31,128 nt of DNA from Acidobacteriota bacterium (GTDB lineage Bacteria > Acidobacteriota > Terriglobia > Terriglobales > Acidobacteriaceae): the NCBI GenBank assembly GCA_019247235.1, contig JAFAPG010000045.1, positions 1 to 31,128 on the forward strand, read 5' to 3'. How positions within the stretch are numbered: position 1 is the stretch's first letter; each line of letters starts with the position of its first letter. The notes under the pieces are model-generated. The model did not search any database, was not told the origin of the DNA, and worked only from the letters and a program-made list of their open reading frames with translations. Below are positions 23,852-31,128 of this stretch, one piece after another. The position numbers and the translations under genes were made by a program.

Positions 23852-23885
23852 AAAAGAATCGGGAGAGGCTTTCGAGGCCCCTCCC
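23852..23885 (-). terminator. Intrinsic terminator after major capsid gene
   Basis: GGGAGGGGC/GCCUCUCCC stem, 7-nt loop, followed by gauucuuuu. Confidence 0.75.
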
Positions 23886-23908
23886 GTTAAAGCAACCAGG
23901 GCGAAACC

Positions 23909-25120
23909 TCAGGCGTAAGCCGAGAGGTCGAACACCCAGGCGTGTTTCTTCTCGTGGCGAATCTCCCAGCCCAACTGCGAACGATACTCGTCCGTTCGAG
24001 TGGTCGAGCCGTCTGGCAGGACGTTCTCGAAGAGCTTGGTGTCTCCGATGAGGTTGTCGCCGCCTCCTGCCAGGTAGCGCATGGCCACTGAAGGCAGGTC
24101 GATGGAATAGGCGTGGTTAGAGAACGAGTTTCCGCCCGGGAAGCCGATATCACCGGTTCCCAAACGGTAGTCGTTGGCGAGCAGGAACTCGCCTAACGCC
24201 ATTTCGAATCGAGCAATCTTCACTCCAAAAACTGTGTCGCCCACGCGGGTGAGCAACTTGTTCTGGGAGTAGAAGTTTAGAGCCGAGATCACCTTGGGCG
24301 CGCAGAGCAAGAGTTTTTGCTTTTCTCCGTAACGAAAGGAGGTCTCTGCAAATGTGTTCCACGTGGTAATGGTCGCCGTGGTGTTGGCGTCGGTCTTGTT
24401 GGTCGAGATGCGGCTCAGCCATCCCATCGTGGTCCACCGTGAAGACGGGGAGTTCAGGGTTTCTGAAGCGCGACCCCAGAGGCCCATGGCCTCGATCTCG
24501 GAGCGATGCCGGATCAAAGCCTTAACCAGCTGGAATTTACGCTCGCCTTGCGGCGCCCCGTACTGCTTGGTGGAAGCAGCGGTGTGGGTAACCTTGATCG
24601 GCGTTTTGAAGATTTGCGCATAGGAGATCTGCACGGTTTTCGCCGTGTACCTCTGAGCTCCGATGTTGTCGTCTTCTTTGAACGCCGAGCCGATGATACG
24701 CAGCGAGCCGGTGGCGGAGATGGTGTCCGCTCCTGATCCGCCGATGCCTCGGGTGATGGTCAAGGTGTTCGAGGCGATTGCGGTCACCAGGAACGTTTCG
24801 GGCGCGGCGTTTGAAGACTGCGCCTTAGGCACGGCCACGATATCGCCCACGCCAAAGAGCGTGCCATCGGCGACGCCGATGTTGGTGATATTTGAAGCGG
24901 TGTCGGCCGCCATCGAGGCCTGGCCCCACAAGCTGACTTCGGTGTCTTCGACCCATTCAAACCGAGGGCCGATCGTCGGCTGCTTACGCTTGGCTGCGTT
25001 GGTAAGCACAAACAGTGGTGCTGCATCGGGTTCGAGCAGGATCATCTGTTCCGAAACGTCACGCACGTTGGTCGTGTCGGTGACGAATTGATTAAAACTG
25101 CGGGCTACGTTTAAAGCCAC
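23909..25120 (-). CDS. Major capsid protein (SU10/DUF5309-like)
   Basis: RDVSEQMILLEPDAAPLF..FEWVED..NY/YAQIFKTPIKVTHTA..RHRSEIE pattern; 403 aa; after scaffold; CAGGAG SD; followed by terminator. Confidence 0.88.
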   Translation of the reverse strand: MALNVARSFNQFVTDTTNVRDVSEQMILLEPDAAPLFVLTNAAKRKQPTIGPRFEWVEDTEVSLWGQASMAADTASNITNIGVADGTLFGVGDIVAVPKAQSSNAAPETFLVTAIASNTLTITRGIGGSGADTISATGSLRIIGSAFKEDDNIGAQRYTAKTVQISYAQIFKTPIKVTHTAASTKQYGAPQGERKFQLVKALIRHRSEIEAMGLWGRASETLNSPSSRWTTMGWLSRISTNKTDANTTATITTWNTFAETSFRYGEKQKLLLCAPKVISALNFYSQNKLLTRVGDTVFGVKIARFEMALGEFLLANDYRLGTGDIGFPGGNSFSNHAYSIDLPSVAMRYLAGGGDNLIGDTKLFENVLPDGSTTRTDEYRSQLGWEIRHEKKHAWVFDLSAYA

Positions 25121-25151
25121 GGGTTAGTCTCCTGTGCGCTTCGCGGGTACG

Positions 25152-26306
25152 TCAGAGTCGGCCGTGCTCCTGCTGATAGCGGCCCATCGCCTCATCGTCG
25201 AAGAGGTCGCTATTGGTTTGGAAACGGCTTGAGTTCTGGCGGCCGGAAGCCGCTCTAGATTGTCCGGAGCCGAGGTTTGCTCCCTGGCGGCGTACATCTG
25301 CGCGCCGGGCGGCGCGGGCACCTGCCTCCGCTGCTTGCCGCACGAGTCGGGGATCGACCGCTTGTCCGGAGGCAATTTGAGCGAGCATCGAATACTTGCG
25401 CGAGGCATTCTCCATCATGGATAGAGGCTTGCCGTCACGCCCGGTGAACTGCATCTCGTCAAACCCGGGTATCTGCGCCGCCGCGTCTCTCAGAGCTTTT
25501 GAGAACTCCTTCGAGCCGTAAGCCGGTAGCGATTGATACTGCGGGTTTTGATTGCGCACCCGGTCCCACGCCATCGCGTAAGCCGAGCGCTCATACATTT
25601 CACCGAAGCCCGGATAGAGCTGGGCGATCTGCTGGCTCATTTGCGCAGACAACATCTCGGGCAGGAATGTGCTAACCAGGTTCAGCATGTATTTCGAAGC
25701 CACCGCGGTAAACTGCTGAGCTTGCTGCGGCGGAATCTTTGCGATCTCAGCCTCGGGCACGCCAAAGGAACGCAGGAAATCCGAGTGGAACGCTTTCGCG
25801 ATCTCGGGATCAGTGCGCTCGGTAATGGCGCGGTCTAAGGTCTGAAACCACTGCTCTCTGGTCAGCTGAGGCTGAGTCGCTTGCTGGGTTGGTTCCGCTT
25901 GGGACTCGTCCTCATATTCCTGGGATTGGTCGAACTCCTGCTCTTGCTGCTCAAGTGATTGCAGGTAGATATCTGTATTCAGCTTGTCGTGGAGCAGTTG
26001 CTTGAGCGTCCCGTTGGTTGGGTCGTTCTCAAGTAGCCGGAGAATGTCCGGATAGCGCTGCTCGGCATACTGCAACAGCACTTCGTCGGGAAACACCTTC
26101 TGCTGATCAGTGGGTAGCTGATATTCGTCGGCTGTTTCGTCTGACTCAAGTTGCTGTTGGGGATCGGACTGCTGCTGATCGATCTCGCCCTGAACCTCTA
26201 CGCCTTCCTCTGCTCCGTAATCCTGGGCGCTCGGGTCTTGGGATTGATCGCCGAGAAGACTTTCCGCTATGGCGTCTTGCTCGGGGGCGGTGAGTACGTC
26301 TGTCAT
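25152..26306 (-). CDS. Capsid scaffolding protein
   Basis: Acidic Q/E-rich N-terminus, helical body, basic C-terminal tail; directly upstream of capsid gene; AAGGAG SD. Confidence 0.75.
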   Translation of the reverse strand: MTDVLTAPEQDAIAESLLGDQSQDPSAQDYGAEEGVEVQGEIDQQQSDPQQQLESDETADEYQLPTDQQKVFPDEVLLQYAEQRYPDILRLLENDPTNGTLKQLLHDKLNTDIYLQSLEQQEQEFDQSQEYEDESQAEPTQQATQPQLTREQWFQTLDRAITERTDPEIAKAFHSDFLRSFGVPEAEIAKIPPQQAQQFTAVASKYMLNLVSTFLPEMLSAQMSQQIAQLYPGFGEMYERSAYAMAWDRVRNQNPQYQSLPAYGSKEFSKALRDAAAQIPGFDEMQFTGRDGKPLSMMENASRKYSMLAQIASGQAVDPRLVRQAAEAGARAARRADVRRQGANLGSGQSRAASGRQNSSRFQTNSDLFDDEAMGRYQQEHGRL

Positions 26307-26321
26307 TTATTTCTCTCCTTT

Positions 26322-26357
26322 GCGGGGTTGGTTCCCGCTGCACCGGGTTGGTCCCGG
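26322..26357 (-). promoter_or_regulatory. Twin stem-loops with ACCAA loops abutting scaffold SD (candidate translational operator)
   Basis: mRNA CCGGG-ACCAA-CCCGG ugca GCGGG-AACCAAC-CCCGC then aAAGGAG. Confidence 0.5.
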
Positions 26358-26370
26358 AGAACACTTGGGC

Positions 26371-27381
26371 TTACTGCACTTGCTCTACTGTTGCGGAAGC
26401 TTTTGCAGAAAATGAAGTGCCGCTAAAAGTTAGTTTGACGACGATGGCGGTCTGGCTGGTGTCGATGTCCACGAGCGCCGTGCCGTAATAATTGCCGGCG
26501 GCGCTAGTGGTGAACGTGAGAGCAGGGGCTGCAGTTCCGCTCTGCACGAGCGACAAGTTTGCCGGCGCTTGCGCGTTGCCATTCGAATCTTTCCAGGTCG
26601 CCGTCCATCCCAGAGTCGCGGTATTAGCAGCCGAAACCGACAGCACGAAGTGGATTCGATAGGTACCAGTCGAGGCATATGGGGGCGTGAATGTTAGAAC
26701 GTTAGAATCGGCTGCACTCTCCGACTTTTGTGAGGTGGCACCGTAGATCCCAACGACGCCTAAGCCAGCCGTCGTGACTCCGTTGTACTTGGTAAGCAAA
26801 TTCACTTGAAGGTTCGAATTGGTGTTGCCGGGAGCAGTTCCGATGCTGAGTGTATTCGAGGTTGCGTAAGAGAGATAAACACTGGGCGTGAGCCCATCGG
26901 TGTTGGCGCTGCTTACAAAGCCGTATCCGCCCGCGCCGCTCATAACCGTTGAACCGTTGTTCGCGAGGATTGCTAGGTGTTCGTGAGACCCATCCATGAC
27001 GCCGATGCGATCGGTCGCCGACCGCGAAAAGCCTAAGCCGGGTTGGTTCGCAAAACTGTAGCTCGGCGCGGTGAGCGAGCCATCTGGTAGCAAGATGGGT
27101 AGAGCCGCGGTAAGCGTCGCGCCGTTGTTGGTCCATCCACTGCCCGCTGCATTCCCGAGCTGAATGTTTGCCCAGTTCGAACCGTTCGACGGGCAGCTAT
27201 AAAGGACGTGGTTCGTCGTGTCGAGATACTGCTGCCCGCCGTTTACGCATGGATTCGAAGGTGCACCGGAGCCCGTGATCTGCGGTGATACCTGGGCAAA
27301 GACGTAGCCGATACAGAGAAGGCAGGCGACGAGCGAAAGCCCGATCGTGAGAGGGAGCCACTTGCGGCGAATCTTGGTCAT
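26371..27381 (-). CDS. Fibre/decoration-like beta protein with signal peptide (start refined to MTKIRR, 336 aa)
   Basis: MTKIRRKWLPLTIGLSLVACLLCIGYVFA|Q; GSLTAPSYSF and YLDTTNHVLYSC fibre motifs; Ser/Thr-rich beta C-terminus. Confidence 0.75.
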   Translation of the reverse strand: MTKIRRKWLPLTIGLSLVACLLCIGYVFAQVSPQITGSGAPSNPCVNGGQQYLDTTNHVLYSCPSNGSNWANIQLGNAAGSGWTNNGATLTAALPILLPDGSLTAPSYSFANQPGLGFSRSATDRIGVMDGSHEHLAILANNGSTVMSGAGGYGFVSSANTDGLTPSVYLSYATSNTLSIGTAPGNTNSNLQVNLLTKYNGVTTAGLGVVGIYGATSQKSESAADSNVLTFTPPYASTGTYRIHFVLSVSAANTATLGWTATWKDSNGNAQAPANLSLVQSGTAAPALTFTTSAAGNYYGTALVDIDTSQTAIVVKLTFSGTSFSAKASATVEQVQ

Positions 27382-27388
27382 CGGCGTT

Positions 27389-27655
27389 TCATCCTTGAGC
27401 CTTCGCCAGCTGCTGCTGAGCGAAGTACTTGAGATTTGCTTCGATCGTTTCGTAGGCCTCGATATAGCCGGCCTGGCGTGCCTCATACATCGTGTCGCGC
27501 TCTGACTTCCGAACGGCGCTTAGTAGATTCACGACGGCGTCATCGCGCTCGTCGCTAAGGTAGGCCTCAAAGGCAGACTTAAAGAGCGGGTCGTTTAGCA
27601 CTTCCCAGAGCTGCTGAGCTTCAGCGAGTCGGAGTTGGCGAGGGATTGTTGACAC
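27389..27655 (-). CDS. Small helical protein following portal (Bbp19-like)
   Basis: 88 aa helical; EARQAGYIEAYETI resembles the family; conserved position after podoviral portals. Confidence 0.6.
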   Translation of the reverse strand: MSTIPRQLRLAEAQQLWEVLNDPLFKSAFEAYLSDERDDAVVNLLSAVRKSERDTMYEARQAGYIEAYETIEANLKYFAQQQLAKAQG

Positions 27656-29930
27656 CTTTCGTCATCGGCGTATTCTTTTCCGCCTGGGCTTGAGCTTCCT
27701 CATCGGCGCCGTGCGTACTCATCAGGTTGTCGGCATGGTTGGCCGCGGAAGATAGCTTCTCGATACCCTTGAGCGTGTCGTGGATCTGCAGCTCCTGCTC
27801 GACGCCAGGCGTAATCTGTCCGCCCGCGGCTTGGAGCATCTGCATTTGAACTTCTGCAGGCAGCTCCGGCCACTTGACCGCTATAGTGATGGCAACTTTC
27901 GGCGGCGGAGGCGCGGGAGGCTGCGGTTGCTTCACGGCTTTATCTACGTCCACGCCGCGAATTGTGGATACGTACGCCCGGGCCGCGTAGAACGGATCAA
28001 TCACGTTCGGCATCTGGCCGGCCATCTCGACCAGCTGCAGGGTTCCGGTACGCCGTATGTCGTCGTCGACCGAGAGCATCGACATTGCCGCGGGCTCGAC
28101 CTGGATCTCCTGCTGAATCTCCATGAAGTCAAGCGAAGCCACATGCGCCTTTCCGTACCGTTGGGTGATGCCTTCGACCTTCGAGGTGTACTGGCTAGGA
28201 ATTTGGTAAGGCTTATAGCCGGAGTCGGAGTCGCCGTCCTGGTCAGGCTCGATCTGTTGCAGCATCGCGAGCTTTTTCTCGTTCGCCTCTTTCAGGTACC
28301 AGTTGAGCGAGTCGAGCTCGAACTGTGTGAGCGCGTCGGCGGATTTCGCGGCGAGTACAGCCGTGGTTGCGGTCTTGCCAGCCTGCGGGTTTGAATCCGT
28401 TCCCGTCTCGACGTTGGTGAGGTTGGGCTCGGCCAAGGCCATCATGCGCAGGTTCTGAGCTTCTTCTTCGGTTGCCGCTTGAATTGCCGGAGCGGCATTG
28501 ATCGGATCGAGTAGCGGCTCGATGTCGGCAGGGTTCCTCATCTGCACCACACGGAAGAGCACGCGGTCGATCTGCTCGTCGGGCACATCCGCCCCTGCCT
28601 TCATCTTCATCAAGGGGCGCAAGAGGTTGGCGGCGAGATCGCGCCGGCCACCGACGATCGAGTTGTGCAGGAGCCACAAGAATCTGAGCAGCAGCGGCGT
28701 CGAGTCGCCATAAGCCGAGAGCAGGTCGAACATCGGCACCAGCTCGGTGTAGGCGTATTTCCCGTAGAGGTCGACCGCGTAAGGCTTCTTGCCGAGGAGG
28801 ACTTTCTCGTTTCCAACGTACTCAATCCAAAACTTGCCGTCTTTGTCTTTGGTATGACACTCGAGGATGTCGTAGCGCTTGCCTTTTAGGAGTTTTGTTG
28901 GCCAGAGCGGGAGCGTCTGACCGAGAGCGTTCGTCCGCAATCTGGAACGCAGGTCAAAGGGCTGCTGCTGGTAGATCGGTTGCCAGCTCGGCATGTCTTC
29001 GAGTTCGGCGATCGCTTTGGGATCGAATACCTGGCGCTCTTCCCCGGATTCAGGGTCGATATAGACTTCATTCGCCATCTTCTCGAGCCAGACATCGCCT
29101 TCAAAATAGTTCTCGATTGCCCAGCCAGAAACGTTCAAGTTGGCGGCGCCAGGCTCGAGAAAGAAATCGCCGATGAAAATGTTTTTTGATACTGGGCCTT
29201 CAAACTGTCGGGCCCGGACCGGCACTTGCGCCGTAGGGCCGTATTTCGCGAGCGCCGCTTGGATTTCTTTCGGGGAAAGCTCTTCCCCGCTTTCTTTCAC
29301 CGCGCCCGAGATCTCATCGTCCGGAGCGCCCTGGAGCGACATCAGCCCGCGGCGGTTGACCGAGTAGGGTTGGCCGTTCTTAACAAACGAGCGATAGAAC
29401 TGCCGGGTAATCTCGACCGTGTCCCAGTACTGCTTCATGACCCCGTAACCAAAGGTCTGCGCGCTCTGTACGAGCTTGCGGTGCTCCAGGGCCTCGCCCG
29501 AGCGGTCAAACTGCATGTAGTTCCATGCGGTCAGCCGTTCAGAAAGAAAGCGCTCGCCGTCTTCAGAAGTAGTGAAGTTGATCTGGGGAGGGTTGGCGGT
29601 TAGCCTCGCGGTTTTCCTGCGAATGATGAGCGAGAGCTCAGGCATGGCCACGTTGGTGCGCGTGGTGTCTTCGACCTGGTTGCCTGACTTGTCGGTCACC
29701 ATGATGGGTTTCGTGCGGCACTTCAAGGCGCGATAAACGTCCTCCCACATATCCCAGTAGTTGATCTGGGCATAGCGGCGGGATTCGTTGCGGCGGTCAA
29801 GGATGTCGGCGACGTTGCCGTCGGTGCGGCGCACACTGGCAGCCTTACGGCGCGAGCTCTTGTACTGACGCTCGGCGGCGTCGCGCCCCACAGGGGCGGC
29901 GCCTGAGGTGCCTGGGAGTTCTTGTGGCAT
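27621..29930 (-). CDS. Portal protein (P22-like)
   Basis: 769 aa directly after terminase; helical with TATTAV motif, AAMSMLSV and Q/P-rich tail. Confidence 0.85.
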   Translation of the reverse strand: MPQELPGTSGAAPVGRDAAERQYKSSRRKAASVRRTDGNVADILDRRNESRRYAQINYWDMWEDVYRALKCRTKPIMVTDKSGNQVEDTTRTNVAMPELSLIIRRKTARLTANPPQINFTTSEDGERFLSERLTAWNYMQFDRSGEALEHRKLVQSAQTFGYGVMKQYWDTVEITRQFYRSFVKNGQPYSVNRRGLMSLQGAPDDEISGAVKESGEELSPKEIQAALAKYGPTAQVPVRARQFEGPVSKNIFIGDFFLEPGAANLNVSGWAIENYFEGDVWLEKMANEVYIDPESGEERQVFDPKAIAELEDMPSWQPIYQQQPFDLRSRLRTNALGQTLPLWPTKLLKGKRYDILECHTKDKDGKFWIEYVGNEKVLLGKKPYAVDLYGKYAYTELVPMFDLLSAYGDSTPLLLRFLWLLHNSIVGGRRDLAANLLRPLMKMKAGADVPDEQIDRVLFRVVQMRNPADIEPLLDPINAAPAIQAATEEEAQNLRMMALAEPNLTNVETGTDSNPQAGKTATTAVLAAKSADALTQFELDSLNWYLKEANEKKLAMLQQIEPDQDGDSDSGYKPYQIPSQYTSKVEGITQRYGKAHVASLDFMEIQQEIQVEPAAMSMLSVDDDIRRTGTLQLVEMAGQMPNVIDPFYAARAYVSTIRGVDVDKAVKQPQPPAPPPPKVAITIAVKWPELPAEVQMQMLQAAGGQITPGVEQELQIHDTLKGIEKLSSAANHADNLMSTHGADEEAQAQAEKNTPMTKGVNNPSPTPTR

Positions 29931-30098
29931 TTAGATTCTAGGGATTCGCCCAAACCTCATATAGAAGTCGGCTTCGGAAAGTTGTTCAGTGCGACTACAG
30001 AGCGAGCAGTAACGCGCAGGGCCTTTCGAGGTTAGTGCCGGCCGCCAGGAATGCGGACAGCGAAATATCGCCAGAAAACGCCTGAACAGCTTTAGTAT
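29931..30098 (-). CDS. 55-aa Cys/His (zinc-binding-like) protein, probable ATA start
   Basis: CPHSW...YCSLC; AAGGGG 5 nt before ATA overlapping terminase stop; own stop abuts portal ATG. Confidence 0.45.
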   Translation of the reverse strand: MLKLFRRFLAIFRCPHSWRPALTSKGPARYCSLCSRTEQLSEADFYMRFGRIPRI

Positions 30099-31078
30099 GC
30101 GATCCCCTTGGTGATCGGCTTCCAGTTCGACTTCATCGTCCTCTGCGGCACGTACTCGAGCCCTGCCATGCACAGATACCTGAGGTCGTCCGTCAAATGG
30201 TTGCGCTTGGCCATGGGCTTTCCTGTAGGGTCTTGCCGTTCGGCTAGAGTCGGCGTCAGCTGTTGAAAGCGGTTATTCTTTAGCTGGTGGATCAGCTCCG
30301 GACAGCGATCGCTAAAGATGTGCAGCCGGGATTTCGGCTTGAACGTTCCGTCGCGCTGCTCTACGTCGCGCGGCTTCAACCACTCGTTGACCGCTTCGTA
30401 GCCGGCCTGGTGGTCTTTGATCGAATCATCGAATGACCAGCCGGCGAGGTCTTCGTACTTCCTCTGAAAGTTATAGTCCGGGTCTTCGTCCGACATGCCT
30501 TTGCCCATGGCGCGGGCGGCGTAGTCAATTACCCGGCGATAGATCTTTTCTCCGACCAGCTCGCCTGATTTCGATTTGAGATGCGTGTTCTCCGGATTCT
30601 CCGGGCCCTCGAGCCACTGAATGGTTTCGACGTACTCTTTTATTGAAAATCGGTGATCGTCCTCGGGAGCGGTTCCTGGGATGCCATATATTCTTGAAGG
30701 CCAAAGCTCTCGGTATACCCACGCATCTCCGAATCGGTCAACCGCCACCCAAAGGCATGCGTGTGGAACCACAGGATGTGGATCGAGAGCAAAGTATCGG
30801 GTCCAGTCGCCGGGAATAGGAAAGCTGCGCTCAAGACTTGCCTCGTCGTGTAGCTGATAGATCAGCGTCCCTAGTTTCGCCGAGAAGTTGATCTCGAACT
30901 CCTGCAAGTAGTCCGCAGGGTTCGTCATGGCCTTGCGCTGCGCCTCCGCCCAAGCCTTGTCTTTGTCCGGGTCGGCCGAGTAGTGCAGGCGAAAGATGCG
31001 GATGCCGTGCTGGTTGGTCCAAACCTCGATCCCCTTGTGCGGGAATTCGATCGGAGAAACTGGCGCCGACTGGATCAC
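30092..31078 (-). CDS. terL: Terminase large subunit, lid plus RNase-H-like nuclease domain only
   Basis: RLHYSADP..YLQEFEINF; YFALDPH; WVAVD..WVYREL; NHLTDDLRYL; no Walker A/B in ORF. Confidence 0.85.
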   Translation of the reverse strand: MIQSAPVSPIEFPHKGIEVWTNQHGIRIFRLHYSADPDKDKAWAEAQRKAMTNPADYLQEFEINFSAKLGTLIYQLHDEASLERSFPIPGDWTRYFALDPHPVVPHACLWVAVDRFGDAWVYRELWPSRIYGIPGTAPEDDHRFSIKEYVETIQWLEGPENPENTHLKSKSGELVGEKIYRRVIDYAARAMGKGMSDEDPDYNFQRKYEDLAGWSFDDSIKDHQAGYEAVNEWLKPRDVEQRDGTFKPKSRLHIFSDRCPELIHQLKNNRFQQLTPTLAERQDPTGKPMAKRNHLTDDLRYLCMAGLEYVPQRTMKSNWKPITKGIAY

Positions 31079-31080
31079 GA

Positions 31081-31128
31081 CTACTGATAGATCGCGCTCG
31101 GCCCTACGTTGACCACGTTGTCGATGAC
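31081..31128 (-). CDS. 3' end of upstream gene (...VIDNVVNVGPSAIYQ*), possibly the terminase ATPase part
   Basis: 13 of 15 codons end in G/C in this frame; TAG at 31083..31081, 2 nt before the GTG of the nuclease ORF. Confidence 0.6.
   Translation of the reverse strand, partial: VIDNVVNVGPSAIYQ

Larger units (their letters stand above)
1..31128. mobile_element. Podovirus-like phage/prophage genome segment (both ends outside window; no integrase or att site seen)
   Basis: Canonical gene order terminase-portal-scaffold-capsid-adaptor-nozzle-ejection-tailspikes-lysis on one strand; no tape measure, tube or sheath genes. Confidence 0.93.

Noticed and set aside
31081-31128. VIDNVVNVGPSAIYQ resembles intein block F
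   Set aside because: Only 15 residues are visible and it stops before any His-Asn; cannot be supported
1-31128. CRISPR arrays, tRNA/rRNA genes, IS elements, integrase or att sites
   Set aside because: No repeat-spacer periodicity, cloverleaf, transposase or recombinase catalytic motifs were recognised by eye

Overview
The whole window reads as part of a GC-rich, podovirus-like (short-tailed) phage or prophage genome. A host among soil diderms such as Acidobacteria is an inference from signal-peptide style only. A long minus-strand late operon runs from the right edge to about 3535. In order it encodes: terminase nuclease gene, portal, Bbp19-like protein, an exported fibre-like protein, scaffold, major capsid protein, three unknowns, a two-domain glycosyltransferase plus a nucleotide-sugar dehydrogenase, head-tail adaptor, tail nozzle, an FN3-Hint protein, a GNAT-like protein, six ejection-type proteins, two beta-helix tailspikes, endolysin, holin candidates and a secreted HNH protein. 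The left 3.5 kb holds early and replication-type genes and a candidate iteron origin. The most unusual signals are: (1) tailspike and fibre proteins with Sec-type signal peptides and even numbers of Cys, implying export and disulfide folding of receptor-binding proteins; (2) a coupled FN3-Hint, GNAT and ejection-gene block in which five of six ejection ORFs start Met-Gly, four with the same TGGGACA; (3) a sugar-modification cassette inside the morphogenesis operon; (4) a terminase nuclease domain apparently encoded as a separate gene. All family assignments come from motif recognition by eye; no database searches were run.
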